Source: Hyphochytrium catenoides
Taxonomy: Eukaryota > Protista > Hyphochytriomycota
Length of the DNA: 61,288 nucleotides
Assembly: GCA_900088475.1 (NCBI GenBank)
Contig: FLMG01000372.1
Span: 1 to 61,288, forward strand
Reading direction: 5' to 3'
The position numbers and the translations under genes are program-made. The notes under the pieces are model-generated. The model saw only the letters and a program-made list of their open reading frames with translations, ran no database searches and was not told where the DNA came from. Below are positions 11,680-23,700 of this stretch, piece after piece; position 1 is the stretch's first letter, and the number at the start of each line of letters is the position of its first letter.

Positions 11680-12057
11680 GGTTGGTTAGTCCCAGTTCTA
11701 TAACTTCCAACCTCAGTCTGACAGTAAGAAAAGCAACCATTCTTCGCAGTTTGGTCAGGGGCTAAGGCTGAGGGGCGCAGAGGCCTGCTAGAAGTCTGCT
11801 TTCACAGGGCAGAGGCTACGCTGTTGTTGATCCCCAAGGAGCGTCCAGCACTGCTGACAAGATCTCTTTCGCACACCTTTAGCAACACACTAAAGCTACT
11901 GCTTTTGTCCAATCCACAGTCATCAACCAGACGACGTATGACAGGGAATTGAGCTTTGTATATCGAGGCAGGGATCAGAAAAAGAGAGCAACTGATCTAG
12001 CAGTTAGGTATGGTGTCTAGCAGAAGAAGGTGCAAATATTCTGGCCATATAAAGCTA

Positions 12058-13438
12058 CTAGAGCCTGCTGCGTATCGTGCTGTCCTCCCTATTTGCTGGA
12101 AGAACTATGGCAGTAATGACGGTGATGTCATCTACCTTTCCACCTATATGCCTTAGGCCTGCCTTTAACGCGGCCATGGTAAAGGGTGTAACGATGGTCA
12201 TGTTGTTGGAGGCATGCTGGGCTGCTTGAGCGATAGCGTATGCGAACGAGTTATACGATCGCTCATCAGTCTTGAACTCTCCTTGCCCATCTCTTACGAG
12301 ATGAATGTGCTTTGCCACCTCATCGACAATTTCATCCAGATGAAGATTGTCGAACCTAAGAAGCCAAAAGAAATAAAGGGATCAGGAGGAAGAGAATGCA
12401 GCTCTGTCACCTAAAAAAAAACGTACAATCCGTCCGTGCCCATGATGACCAGGTCTCCTTCCACCACTTCTATCGAACGTTCTGTAGCATGGTCAGGCTG
12501 CAGGGCACTCCCGTTAGGCAGAGTCCAGTTCAGGACGAAAACTCTTCTCACCTTGTCAGAACCCGCACTTCCTAACTGGAAAGGGCAGTTGAAGCTATGA
12601 CTCATCTCCTCCGACTTGTACACTAGCTTCCAGCGCTTGTTATTCAGTTCTCGAAGCACGATAAACCCAGAATCACCTAAGTTTGCGCTGAGGAACTGGT
12701 TTCCATCTGCGGTGGTGGGCATTATGACATCTGTCTTATCATAAATAACCTGGCATTCCCTTACCTCTAATGGCCACGAGGCAAGCAGTCGAACTTCCTT
12801 TGAGCTTCTAGTGACATGAGAAGTTGAGGTCAGCAAGAGAAAGCAGAAAGGAGAACCTCCGCAACTATGCCCCACATTCTCTGTATCCTGGAGAAGGTTT
12901 TTAAACGCCATCTCAAGAATCTGCTTCGGTGTGGCCGTTTCGCCTGACGCTTCTGACGAGAATTTATGGGATCTCCTCATGAGCTCCCGTGAGAAAACGC
13001 CTGGATCCACTCCCTGCTAGATACTTGAGCGTACTGCAGACTATTCGTGGTTAAAAACAGAGTACTCACATATCGAACCCAAGAGCCGACTCCATCTGCA
13101 ACACCTAGATCATAAGGTGCTACAAAGTATGCATCTTCACCTAACGGATTCTTCTTGTCTAATGCAGATATCAAGGAGGGCATCTGTTTGTATCTGGAGG
13201 TCGAGTCTCATCTCACCACTTAAACCAAGTGTAGCCTACCTGGAGGAACAAGGTTGGCTGATCCTGCCACAAACCTGAGCCGTGGTTGAGGAGCTTGTGC
13301 GAAGGTTTTGACTGAAGCGAGCGCCAGTTTTCTTTTGGCTCCTGCCGAGAGCGCTGCAGCAGGCCCACGAGCAGCAAGCGACGCAACAAGCGATGACCTG
13401 ACTGCACTGCTACTCCAGAGTCTGCGACACAGGTACAT
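12058..13438 (-). CDS. PTC7: PP2C-family protein phosphatase, PTC7 homolog, probable mitochondrial transit peptide; multi-exon
   Basis: GEDAYF, GVADGVGSW, GVDPGVFSRELM, GSSTAC, ANLGDSGF, SHSFNCPFQLG, GTDGL/FDN, GGKVDDITVI. Arg/Ser/Ala-rich N-terminus; GT-AG introns. Confidence 0.93.
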
Positions 13439-13913
13439 AGCTCAACGCCGGGACCCCTTAGGTTTTGTTGTTGTGAGGGAAAAATCTAGAGAGCCTTCCT
13501 CTTTCCTGGACTAGAGCTTCATAGGTAAACTCCTCTGAAAGCTGCTGTGCTTTCTCCTGTCATGCAGTCAGGAACGGAACAGCAAATAGCTGGAACCCCT
13601 TGGGGATCCCTATTATCTCTATGGCGTTATTATGGCCAGTATTGGCACGCTAGCTGCCCCTGCTGCTCGTTCATGATCCTGTCACCGCCGTTCCTGCTGC
13701 TTGCTTCTTTCAACAGTGGTTTCCCTTCCACTCTTCCTCTCTGCTCCACTGCTTCCACATTCATTCCTTTCCCCCCTGTCAACAACGGCCATTGCTCTGA
13801 TGATGACTTCCAGAGAAGTGACTGTGATGTACAACGTCGTACAAGTACCTGTACCGTACTTGAACTGTGGGAGAGCCTCTAACGCCATACCCGTTAGCAG
13901 TTATAGTTTATCT

Positions 13914-13925
13914 TATCACCTGTAC
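13914..13925. repeat. Target-site duplication, left copy (TATCACCTGTAC)
   Basis: Identical to 14389-14400; abuts the A-rich 3' end of the element. Confidence 0.85.
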
Positions 13926-14388
13926 TTTTATTTAGTTACTAGTTGGAGAAACTAATAAGCGGAGAAACTACATACTAGACGTTATGCATAGCCTACGAGC
14001 CTACGAGTACTGTCGTCTCTACCACCTCCACACTCCACCACACCACCACTACTAGAGAAGACCTCCGGCAACAGCTCCAGGAAGCTGACCCAAGATCGCA
14101 TCCTCCATATGCGCAGGCAGGGGCATCCGGTGGAAGACCATTTCAGCATTGCAACGTTGCAAGAGGACAGAGATTCGTCTGTAAGCGGTGTTAGTGAGAC
14201 ATGAGAGAGGAAGACCTACACTCCCACACCTATCAAAGATAGCCCTAAGCCATTCTCTCAGGGTCAAATGAACGGTTTCCGTTGCCCCGCCAAAGGACTC
14301 CCACGCCAAGGGCCGGAAACCATAGCCTTGATCCTCGCAGTCCTCGGCGTAAAGGGCAATTTTCCTCCTATGGGCATGCTCTGCGACG
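13926..14388 (-). mobile_element. 5'-truncated CRE-like non-LTR retrotransposon (C-terminus of restriction-like endonuclease plus 3' UTR)
   Basis: Open frame AEHAHRRKIALYAEDCEDQGYGFRPLAWESFGG...AYRRISVLLQRCNA matches the K..Y...F.P.A.E.FG...RLSV.LQR.NA C-terminus of CRE-type elements. The 3' UTR has TGG-rich and short tandem repeats and an A-rich end (AAATAAAA), and the element is flanked by a perfect 12-bp direct repeat. Confidence 0.88.
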
Positions 14389-14400
14389 TATCACCTGTAC
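14389..14400. repeat. Target-site duplication, right copy (TATCACCTGTAC)
   Basis: Identical to 13914-13925; lies where the element's open frame begins. Confidence 0.85.
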
Positions 14401-14590
14401 AGTAGAAGCAGAGTACGTACGTTCGAACGAACCGCTTGTACAAGTACAAGAACTTTAGTGAAGAGGAGGAAGGGGTCTCTGTCGGGGGTGCGAGCTGGCC
14501 ATCAATCCACTTCATTTTTGTTCAAGAAGTTCTTCACAGGAAACAAAAGGACATACTCTTATTATGATAGTTGAGTATCCTGACAAGATT

Positions 14591-14710
14591 GCGGGCGGCA
14601 CGGGGGCGGCACCTAGTTGGGCGGCACCTTATTTTTTGGGGGCCATCTTGTTGGGCGACCACTTTCTTTTTTGGGGGGCATCTTGTTGGGCGGCACCACC
14701 TTGGACGGCA
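14591..14710. repeat. GC-rich minisatellite (GGGCGGCAC core; a ~35-bp unit TTTTTTGGGGG.CATCTTGTTGGGCG occurs twice)
   Basis: Four exact and two degenerate copies of the core are visible. Confidence 0.8.
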
Positions 14711-14799
14711 TGGTCGGTGTTCATAGCGTTGTATTCATTTGACAACTTCACAACAGGCATCTGTATCAACAAAATATTGTTACCCTCTTGCTGAAAGTT

Positions 14800-17700
14800 G
14801 AACTGTCAAATAATAAGAAGAACGCTTCTTATGATCATTTCTATCATCTATAACAAAAAATTTGCCCAATATAATGCTGTGGGTCCTCAGCGGGCCTAGA
14901 GAGGTAGAGCGTCCGTCGTGGAGTAGTAGAAATATGACGTGTTCATTTGTGCCTATGAACATGATGATAGTTCTACGACGCTGCTGCTGGTTTTACTAAG
15001 TTAGGACTCTCCATCCTGGGGATGCAAGAGATGAAAGAGGGCGGCTGAGTTTCAGATTTGCAGTCGCCGCCGTTGGAAGGAGGACGTGATCGATGATGTC
15101 TCCTTCACAATCAATCTTTTTTTATTTAGCAAAGACTCATCACACTAAAACTAGAAACCCAAACAACAATGCGGAAGCGGTAGTAGTAAGTAGTGGCTGC
15201 ATCATCATCATCATCATCATGCTGCTGCTGTTGCTGCTGCCTGCTGCTTCTGGTGGTTCCTCCAATCGTGCTCCCGAACAACAAAGAAGGGGAATCGGAA
15301 TGATAAATATGATAAGTCGGTCTTTATTTATTGCATCGCAGCAGCAACAACCAAGACTGAGGGGGGAAAAAAGAAGCTTCTTGACGAAATCCTGTGGTGT
15401 GTTAGCCTGATTGAGTACCGCCAACAACAACAAGGAAGCGTAGGAAGCGTATGTATTATCGCTAGATTGATTCATTGTTTAAACACCAATGGAAGAAAAA
15501 TGAAGAGAACGAAGTTCCATAACTAATAACATCAGTACTAGTACTGAAAAGAAGACATTGCTCGTCGGCACCTCCTTGTTTTTCCATCAAGAAGTCCTAG
15601 TCACTTATTATTATGAAGAAAAGGAGACGGTAAGGTTAACGAGACAGTAGACAGCAGGGCATGGCTGGTAGTTGACTTTTAGAACTTACTCCTGAGGCAA
15701 TAAAGGCGAGCTTGTACGAGGAATCAAGCACTCTCCCACCACCTCTTGTTCGCCCCGCTCACCCCGTCGTTGTTGCGTGCAGTAAAGCCCAGAGTCTCTT
15801 TGCCAAAGCAGGAGCAGGATACATTCACAGAATACTGATGTTCAGGACGACAGGTGACGCTCATCATCTATGTACTCCTCACTGCAGATTTAGTAACAAG
15901 AGTCCACCAGTTATTGAGTTGTTACTACTTTATTACTGACTTTAGAAGAGAACAGTATAGAACCCACTGAGGGAAAATGAAAAACAGTAACTTACTAACC
16001 ATCATAGGAAAAAAAAGTAGTAAAGGCAAGAATGATGGGGCCCTTCTTCTTATTGCAGCTCCAAATGATGATGAGAATATGGCCACCAGCAGCGGAGGAG
16101 GCGACAAGAAGGTCAGGACCCACTGCTTTGGCCGTGCCTCTAATAAGCATCGTCATGATGAGGCTCCTCCGTCCTCCTCCTCACTCTACTATCTCACGAC
16201 GGCTGATCCGACCACCCGCAAAGAAGCTAATAATTACGATGATATCTCTACTACTGACGGGCAAGAACACGAGTGATGAGCGGCAACAAGTACTACTTGT
16301 ACCGCAAATGCTGGTCACCATCATGCTGCTGTTTGCTGCTACTGCTGCTTCTTCCATTACTTAGTAGCATCATAGTAATAACTTTTCTTCTGTGGTCGTC
16401 CCTGGGTAACAATCAGTGTGAGGAATGTTGTTCTGAGTAACTGCCACTAGACCGCCCCTGTCTAAAGAAAGAATTTCTTGGAAGAACCCAGGGACCACTA
16501 TTATTGAACAAAATAAATGACGGATGCAACTGGCGAACTAATATTGTTGTTCGACGAAGAACACCACCAAGAAGAAGAGGAGGAAGAAAGACGGACAATG
16601 CACTTCTATTCTTATAAGCATGAGAGACAGCGTACACAAGGAGGGAAAGAGACGATATGATCATGCATTCCTATTATCAACTACAAAAATATCACCATCA
16701 GAAGAAAGAAAGCCAGAGGAGAGAGGTAGCAGGAATGTACGAAAAAAAGAGGAGGATGTGGAGAGACGATGACACGATGACGACCATCATGCTTAGGCCC
16801 AAAGCAATGGTGCTGGCAACAAGGAAGGAGGACGGAGGCAGTACTGTGAGGAAAAAACACAAGTGATCAACAACATACTACAGTTAACTCTTGGGATACG
16901 TGTGAAGAAGGAAGGCACACTTTTTTCTTCTACAGCCTGCTCTACACCCTGCTCCCTGCTCTTTGTCACCCAGAAGATAATGAATCCTGCCCTACCTATT
17001 ATTAGGTTCCTAGTAGTGTAGTTTTGCATCGTGGTGCTGTTCACATCCTGGGATAGAAAAGTCGTTTACCAGTCCCCCAGAGTTGATATCAACGGCACTG
17101 TTTGTACAACTGTACAAGGAGGATAACGGTAATAGACAATCACTCCTCATCAATTGCTCTATGGACTGTACAAGTACAAAAAGGCTTTCCCCCATTGTTC
17201 CAGAAGAAGGAGTCCTCCCCTTGGTCCTCCCCATCAAGAAAGAGCAAACAACAAGGAGGCTTCATGTTTCTACAGTGTAGGCAAGAACTTGGAGTCAAGC
17301 ACGAAGTACCGCCATCAGGTCTAACCCCAAGGCCACTGCACGCAGCACAAGGACCCATGACGCCATTACTCTACGATTGATGTCGTGCTCGCTGGCTCTT
17401 CTTCAACCTTATTTATTACTTGCCTGCTGCTGCCTGCTGGCTGGAAGCCAGCACTTAGTTCTCCGTCTTCTTCAACAACCTACCTTCACAGCAGCACAGA
17501 GGAGCAGACTAGGTAATTGTGTGAACAACCCTATAGCAGGCAACAAACAACAAGCTGATAAGAGGAAAGGGTGATGCTCAATGCTCTGCCTACCCTGTTC
17601 TTTTCTATCAAAAGGTCTTGATTTTCAGTTGGTGGGCGATAGTATAGCCGGAGGTACAACATTTTGTTGTTGCCTTTGAATAATAACTGAAGCTATAATA

Positions 17701-20700
17701 TATCATTATGGCCCGAACTACTTGGAATACGATAGGCGTTGGGAGAACAAGCAAGGTAGTAGGATCTTATCTCACTTTCTTCTCAGTCCAATATCAAGGA
17801 TTCACCCACAATCACCAGCACCATCGCACACAGGTAGGAGGAAAAAACCATGGCGCGAACGTTCTTTTTTTCTGTATGTGAGTCAAAGACGCCGGTGGGA
17901 GCTGGCTGCTGGCTAATCTCCTCATCAAGAAGGGCTGGTGACCTTTGGTCTGCACTGCCTGCGTTCCTCCTCCTATACGTCAATGTTGTGAGAGTTCTTG
18001 TGCTTTTGCTGACAGCGGGATAGATGATGGCTCCCCACTAGGTCTCCTAATAAGGACGACGGCCTCAGTCTCAACGTTCTAAACAGGATTTCACAATGGC
18101 ACACGCGAGCAGCCTGCTCACCCAAACATGATGGCGGCGCCTGCTTCAGTAGTCTATGGTTGCCAAGGAAGTTATTCAAACATAGAGTCTCAAATTTGCC
18201 TAAAGTTATTGTGGAGCTTCACAAGGACGGGACCCATGCTTGCATAAGCGTAGTGGTGAATGATTGTGCAGCTACAATGAGGTCCGGTAGGCCTGCTGCT
18301 AGTCGCATTGACAGCAGGCGGCGTCGAAGAAGCACTCACGCCCTTTACAAATTACTGCGATAATTCTATCCTGCTTCATCTTCCTACTAGGACTGCTTCA
18401 ATGGACACGTCTCTCTTTTGACGCAAGAAGGTAGTAAGGCCCATTACGATAATTACCAGCTCTGGCACAAGTCTTCTGTTAGCACCTTGTATCACCAGCA
18501 GTGATTGATTTTCTTCATAAAACAAACCACTGAAGACAGGCATGAAGGCGGATCAGGTACTTCGCGAACTGATGGTCCTTGCTCTTGCAGCACTTATACC
18601 ACTGTCGGTACATGGCAAAGGCTGCAGCACTATATCTGAATGCGATGATGTGGGTGGAAAAGTTGTTGTCTGCGGCTGTCCGGATAGCATGGCATCAACT
18701 GTGTGCATTCAGCCTGGTGGTATCTTCAAGGGCGGAATCTGCTATATCGTTACCGATTCAGGGACCACATGCAGCGGACGTGGTGGTCCAGCTGGTGACC
18801 CAACTGGTTTTCAAGAAGAGTGTCCAGCGGGGGAAGCCTGCATTTCTCAACCAGGAACAACTCTATTTCGTAGTTGTGTGAAGGCAGCTCCTGTGGACCC
18901 ACCACCACCAGGGCCGCCAGGGCCAAGTGTAAGCCCATCTACCCTCCCATCTTCTCCGACGACTTCCGCATCCCCGCCATCAACCACCCCCGAAACGCCC
19001 ACCACAACAGGTGCCCCTCCGGGAACTACTAGTTCACCGTCATCATCAGCTCCTTCCTCCGCTGTTCCTACTACTACTTCACCCCCCACCGATCGGCCAG
19101 GTCCAACAACAGTCCCATCGTCGGCTCTTCCATCCGTCGGTCCTCCTCCAGGCCCAAGCGAGTGCGGTCCTGGGCAACTTCCTGTCTCCGTTGAGGGTGG
19201 TTCCACTGGCTGTGCCGCCATTCCTATATGTGTGGGAGGGTTTCCTGAGGGCAACTGTCCTGATGGCAGCAGGTGCGGGATCGTTAAAACAGGTGTACCT
19301 GGCTGTGTGCCCTCCAAGTAACGACTCTTAGGAGCTTTTTGGTCAGCATCCCTTACGGTTGCTCCTGGCCGATGCGCCTTGTTATCAGTGACGTTGGCTC
19401 TCAACTTAGACCTGGCTTTGAAGGAACGGGATAGGGCTCATTAACTGCCGACGCACCCCCACAAACTAGTTTATTAGTATTAAGCGTCGTAATGTCCTTG
19501 TTCTCTCAGCTCTTGTTGAATCGTAGCTCATTTTTCGGAAAGCAACCGCCGGCCGCCACTCATAATAAATACCGGGGTATCCACCTCGATGACTCCTCTG
19601 AATAATTGGACTCTTCTTCTGACGCAAGCTGCCACCACCACCTCTGATGCCAACAAGCGCTGTCATCTGTGCTGACTAACATTGGCTACTGTTTTAATCT
19701 ATATCCTCATGCGTTGCCCTCCCTCTCCTTTCTGCAAAGGTAAATTAACCGTACTATAGGAAGCTTAACTAAATAGGTGCGGCCTGAGCAGCAGGTCATC
19801 TCGCAAGGACAGATGCCGGACTTGGCTTTATAACCGTGGTGACCTTACCATTGAGAGCTCTGAGCCGCCTGGAGGTGCACGACCTTCGACAATAAGAAGT
19901 TGTGGTGCACGATTCAATGTAAAAAAGCGTACTCCTTTGCGGGAGGGAATGCAGGATATATGTGAAGCGTCGCACTTGTCAGAAAAGGGCAGCAGGTATA
20001 AATACAAGTATGTGAGGAGGAGGGACGAGGTTGACCCTTGAGCGGATGCCTTCAGAGTCAACAATCTCTTCACTCCATTCACGTTGGACTCATCGATGAC
20101 GACTCGAAAAGAAGGGAGAAGATGACAACAACTCCTCCTCCTCCCTCTCATCCCCCAAGGATTAGAATCTCTAAAAATCAAGTTGCTGCATGAAAGCATC
20201 ATCTGCACATTCCATCAATCATCATCATCCCTGTAAATCGGGGTCAATCAGACGCCCACGTAGCCACTACCTGCTATGATTCTTGTTATGAGGCAGCTTA
20301 CGAATTACTAGAATGATACTTCTCTCTGCCGTGGATGGTGCTTTGATTGGTTATTATTGCGTCCTTCTAGCAATCACAGCCAAATCACTCAACCAATTAA
20401 GAAGCGGGCGCTGCAATCATCACAATCTTTATCTTTATATTCACTACTCCTATCACTTATTAATCAGGGAAGTGGCAGTCGTAGTGTCTATCTAACGTCG
20501 TAACAGATTTCGGCCATCCTCCTCAGAAGTATTATCTCGGTCCAGGTACATAGCTGGCAATTCTGCTATATACCTATGTTAGGCTGTTTAGACCCGCTAG
20601 AAGGTGACTAGCTGCTTGTAGCCCATGATTGCGGGAAAAGAGTTGTAAAAGATAGGAAAAGATATGGTGAAGGCATCGCTAACGAGCAGTAGTAGTGTGG

Positions 20701-23700
20701 GTTCAACAAAGTGTCTCCACAGGGCGCCAATTATCCGACGACAAGAAAACTATCATCACTGAACAGCTGCAGAACATATATGGGATTATGATTGACAGAT
20801 AATTTGCGCTGAGTGTCCGATGTGTCACCAATCAGCCTACGAAATATTGGTGTTGTTGGGTGAAGCGTTTCAAAGTGCTCCTTATACGCTGGCAGATACA
20901 ATGATGTGCGACAAACTATTGAGGACACAGATCGACTGCTTATTGGGTCTCCTAGCCCTGCGGGTAGGATTAAACAAGAAAATCCTCATATCTCTTTATC
21001 CAACCGCGCAAAACTTGTGCTGATTGACGATCAAAACTTTACTTGGCACGAGAGCGTTCCTAGTAACCTCCTCAAAAACCCCACCCCTCCGGCGAGACAA
21101 GGTTAAGCCTTAACTCATCCATGGCAGGCCCATCAGTTCCAACTGGTCTATATTGTTGCGCTCGTACGTTTCCCTGCTGCTGGGAGCTTTGCTTGGAAGG
21201 TGTGGAGGAGAATGGTCCTCCCGAGCTGGGAAGCCAGTTCTTGCGCACAGTTACGATGAAGACAGCTACAGCCAGTGATAAGATTGCTGTTTGCCTTTCT
21301 GCTACGGCAAGGTTGATCATTTTTCTCGTTGGCTGATTGAAGGTAGATGCTTGGTGGATTGAAGGTAGATTCTTGGTGTCTTTTTTGGTTGCTGTGATGG
21401 TCAGGAGCTGACCAAGCTGAAAGTATTCGCAGACGGATGATAGCTCGATCAGTGGAAGGATCCAGACGAGACCACTGGCGAAAAGTGCTTGCTCATCGTA
21501 GCATAAGAATAGTCCGCGTACGCAGGAGCATCCACCGACAATCTCAATACGATGAAGCTTCTCCTCCCCGGTAAACTGACAGTGCATGAGGCGACACTGC
21601 TGGATGGTGTTATGACACTGTCATCAAAAAGGAAGTGCGAATACCAGCTGGTGGAGAAGGAGGAAGCACCGCCGCGGTGGCAGTCTAGGTCTACTCAGTC
21701 CTCGTCATCGCTTCAATCTGGCACCTTCCCTTTACTTGCGCTTGATCTCAAGATGAAAAGTTGCTGCCCAAACAGCAGCAGCAAGAAGGCAGCAGCAGGC
21801 AACAACTAGGGAACTCAAGTCCTTCGCATGTTCTAACTGTCATAACAAGAACAAGAAGGCTCATACAAAGCTATGAGTCCTTGCTTGTGGTCCAAGAAGA
21901 AGAAGAAGAAGAGATCCCTCTGGTCAACACACAATTGCTATGGCCGTAATAACGATATCACCGTCGAACACAGCAACACCACTGTGCTCCTGTCATAAAC
22001 CCCCATCACGACATCAATTTAGCCGTTACCGGCATTCACTGGCCCCTTTAGATCCAGATGCGGGATCCGACGTGCCCCCCGCCAAGTGCAAAGCTCAATT
22101 CAGGAGTGTATGTAGTACGAGTACGTGTACGAGTAAGTGGTTCTCAGCTGTACAGTCAAGAAAACACAAGCTTGTCATAGAACGATGTAGGTACAAACAA
22201 CTCTGTCTCGAGAATAAAGGTCATTACTCATCAACAACGAGAGACAATGTTCTACGAAGGTTACGGAGTTTCTGTTTCGATAGAAGAATCTTCTGCATGC
22301 AAAAGGGTTCTTGTAAATCTACATTTCTTTGCTGAGATGAAAAAAAGAATGATGTTGTTTTGAGACGTCGTCGGAGGATGGTCATCGTCACGACACTGCC
22401 ATTGTTTTAGCAGCAAAGAAACCTCATCTGCCCTTGCATCTCCCTCATGAAGAAGAAGCGCGCAGACCACAACAACCCGCCAGTCAAATTAGCGGCCGCT
22501 GCCATAGTAGTAGAACTATATCGTCTGCCCTGTCATCTCATAGTAGTAGCTCCGCTGCTGCTGCGATTATCCTCGCCAATTCTTCTTCTGCAGTTTCGTA
22601 ATAAACCGCCAATCATGCCGCCACCTCCATAATAGCAGCCACCAACATCAGCAGCAACCGCAAGCACCGTGGTCAAGGTCATGAGACCCTGAATTTCTTC
22701 TTTTTGCCAAACCTGGCACAACCCTAACAACAGTTAGCCTTATTATTCTGCTACTACATCTTTAGGAGGATGAAATACCTCCTGCCGTCTTCCTTTATTT
22801 TTCTCCTACTTCTTCGAGTTGGTTCGTTCGTTATTAAGAGCGATGGATAGTACTCTCCTCTGGAGCCAGAATTTTGCACCTCCGTGGAAACGAGAGAAGA
22901 AAATACTAAAGAGCTAATTGCTGCTGATACGACAGTGAGTGGTAGGAGCCCCAGCCTTTTATAGGGCATCATCTTCCCCTCCCTTTGATGATAAATAGTA
23001 ATCCTGACTTCTGAGATTCATAGCTTCGGCCGCCCCTCCCTTGATGATGATATGTTGTTTATTTGCCCTTTCTCAATTGTCAAAACTATCAATACTACAT
23101 CTCCTCTTACCCGATCGAGCACGATTACAAACAACAGCTGCGGTTTTTGTCGTCCTTCTTCACCAGCAGCAACAGTCACCCTCCTCGCATCATCGCCGTC
23201 AAGAGGATTAACTTGTTGATATCCGCCGCAGAAGAGATTTCAAAGACAGGATAATAAAATACGTAGGAGTTTTCGCTTCTTATTAGTCGCGCATCCTCCA
23301 GGTACGACAACTCTGCCTCTAATAATAATACTAACCACGATGTTCTATTAATCAACAGCAGTACGACGGGGGGAGAGGAGGTCGCTCAGCATGTATTTTT
23401 CTCTTTCTCGCAGAAAGGGCAAAGGGATACGGACGGGCCACGAGGGAAACGGGTCTCGACCGACCTTTCTTCTCTTCTTCTTTCTAGTCTGTTACCATCC
23501 ACTACTGCTTTATTATAGTGATACCCTTCAACAAGAACAAGAATCAACAAGCAACAAGCCCCTGGCAGACGTCACTACAGCATGATGGTGGTTGCTGGGT
23601 TGCTGAGGACTTTTTCTTTTCCTACGTTGAATGGGCACCAACCCAGGCTCTGTCATCCCATCATAAGGTAAGCCTCTCTCTCTCTTCCTCGTGTATATCT

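Noticed and set aside
15093-16866. Many short ORFs in the ORF track
   Set aside because: Products of triplet low-complexity DNA with no domain or coherent splice model.
19440-19475. Helitron-like 3' end (CTAG-T) after the secreted protein gene
   Set aside because: No convincing subterminal hairpin and no identifiable 5' end.
22060-22335. Vague resemblance of P..K...C....TSK....C.....RDN to a Fanzor/TnpB RuvC-zinc-finger C-terminus
   Set aside because: No catalytic Glu before TSK, no CxxC pairs, no RD.NA motif, no upstream DPG, and part of the match comes from a GTAC-rich tract.
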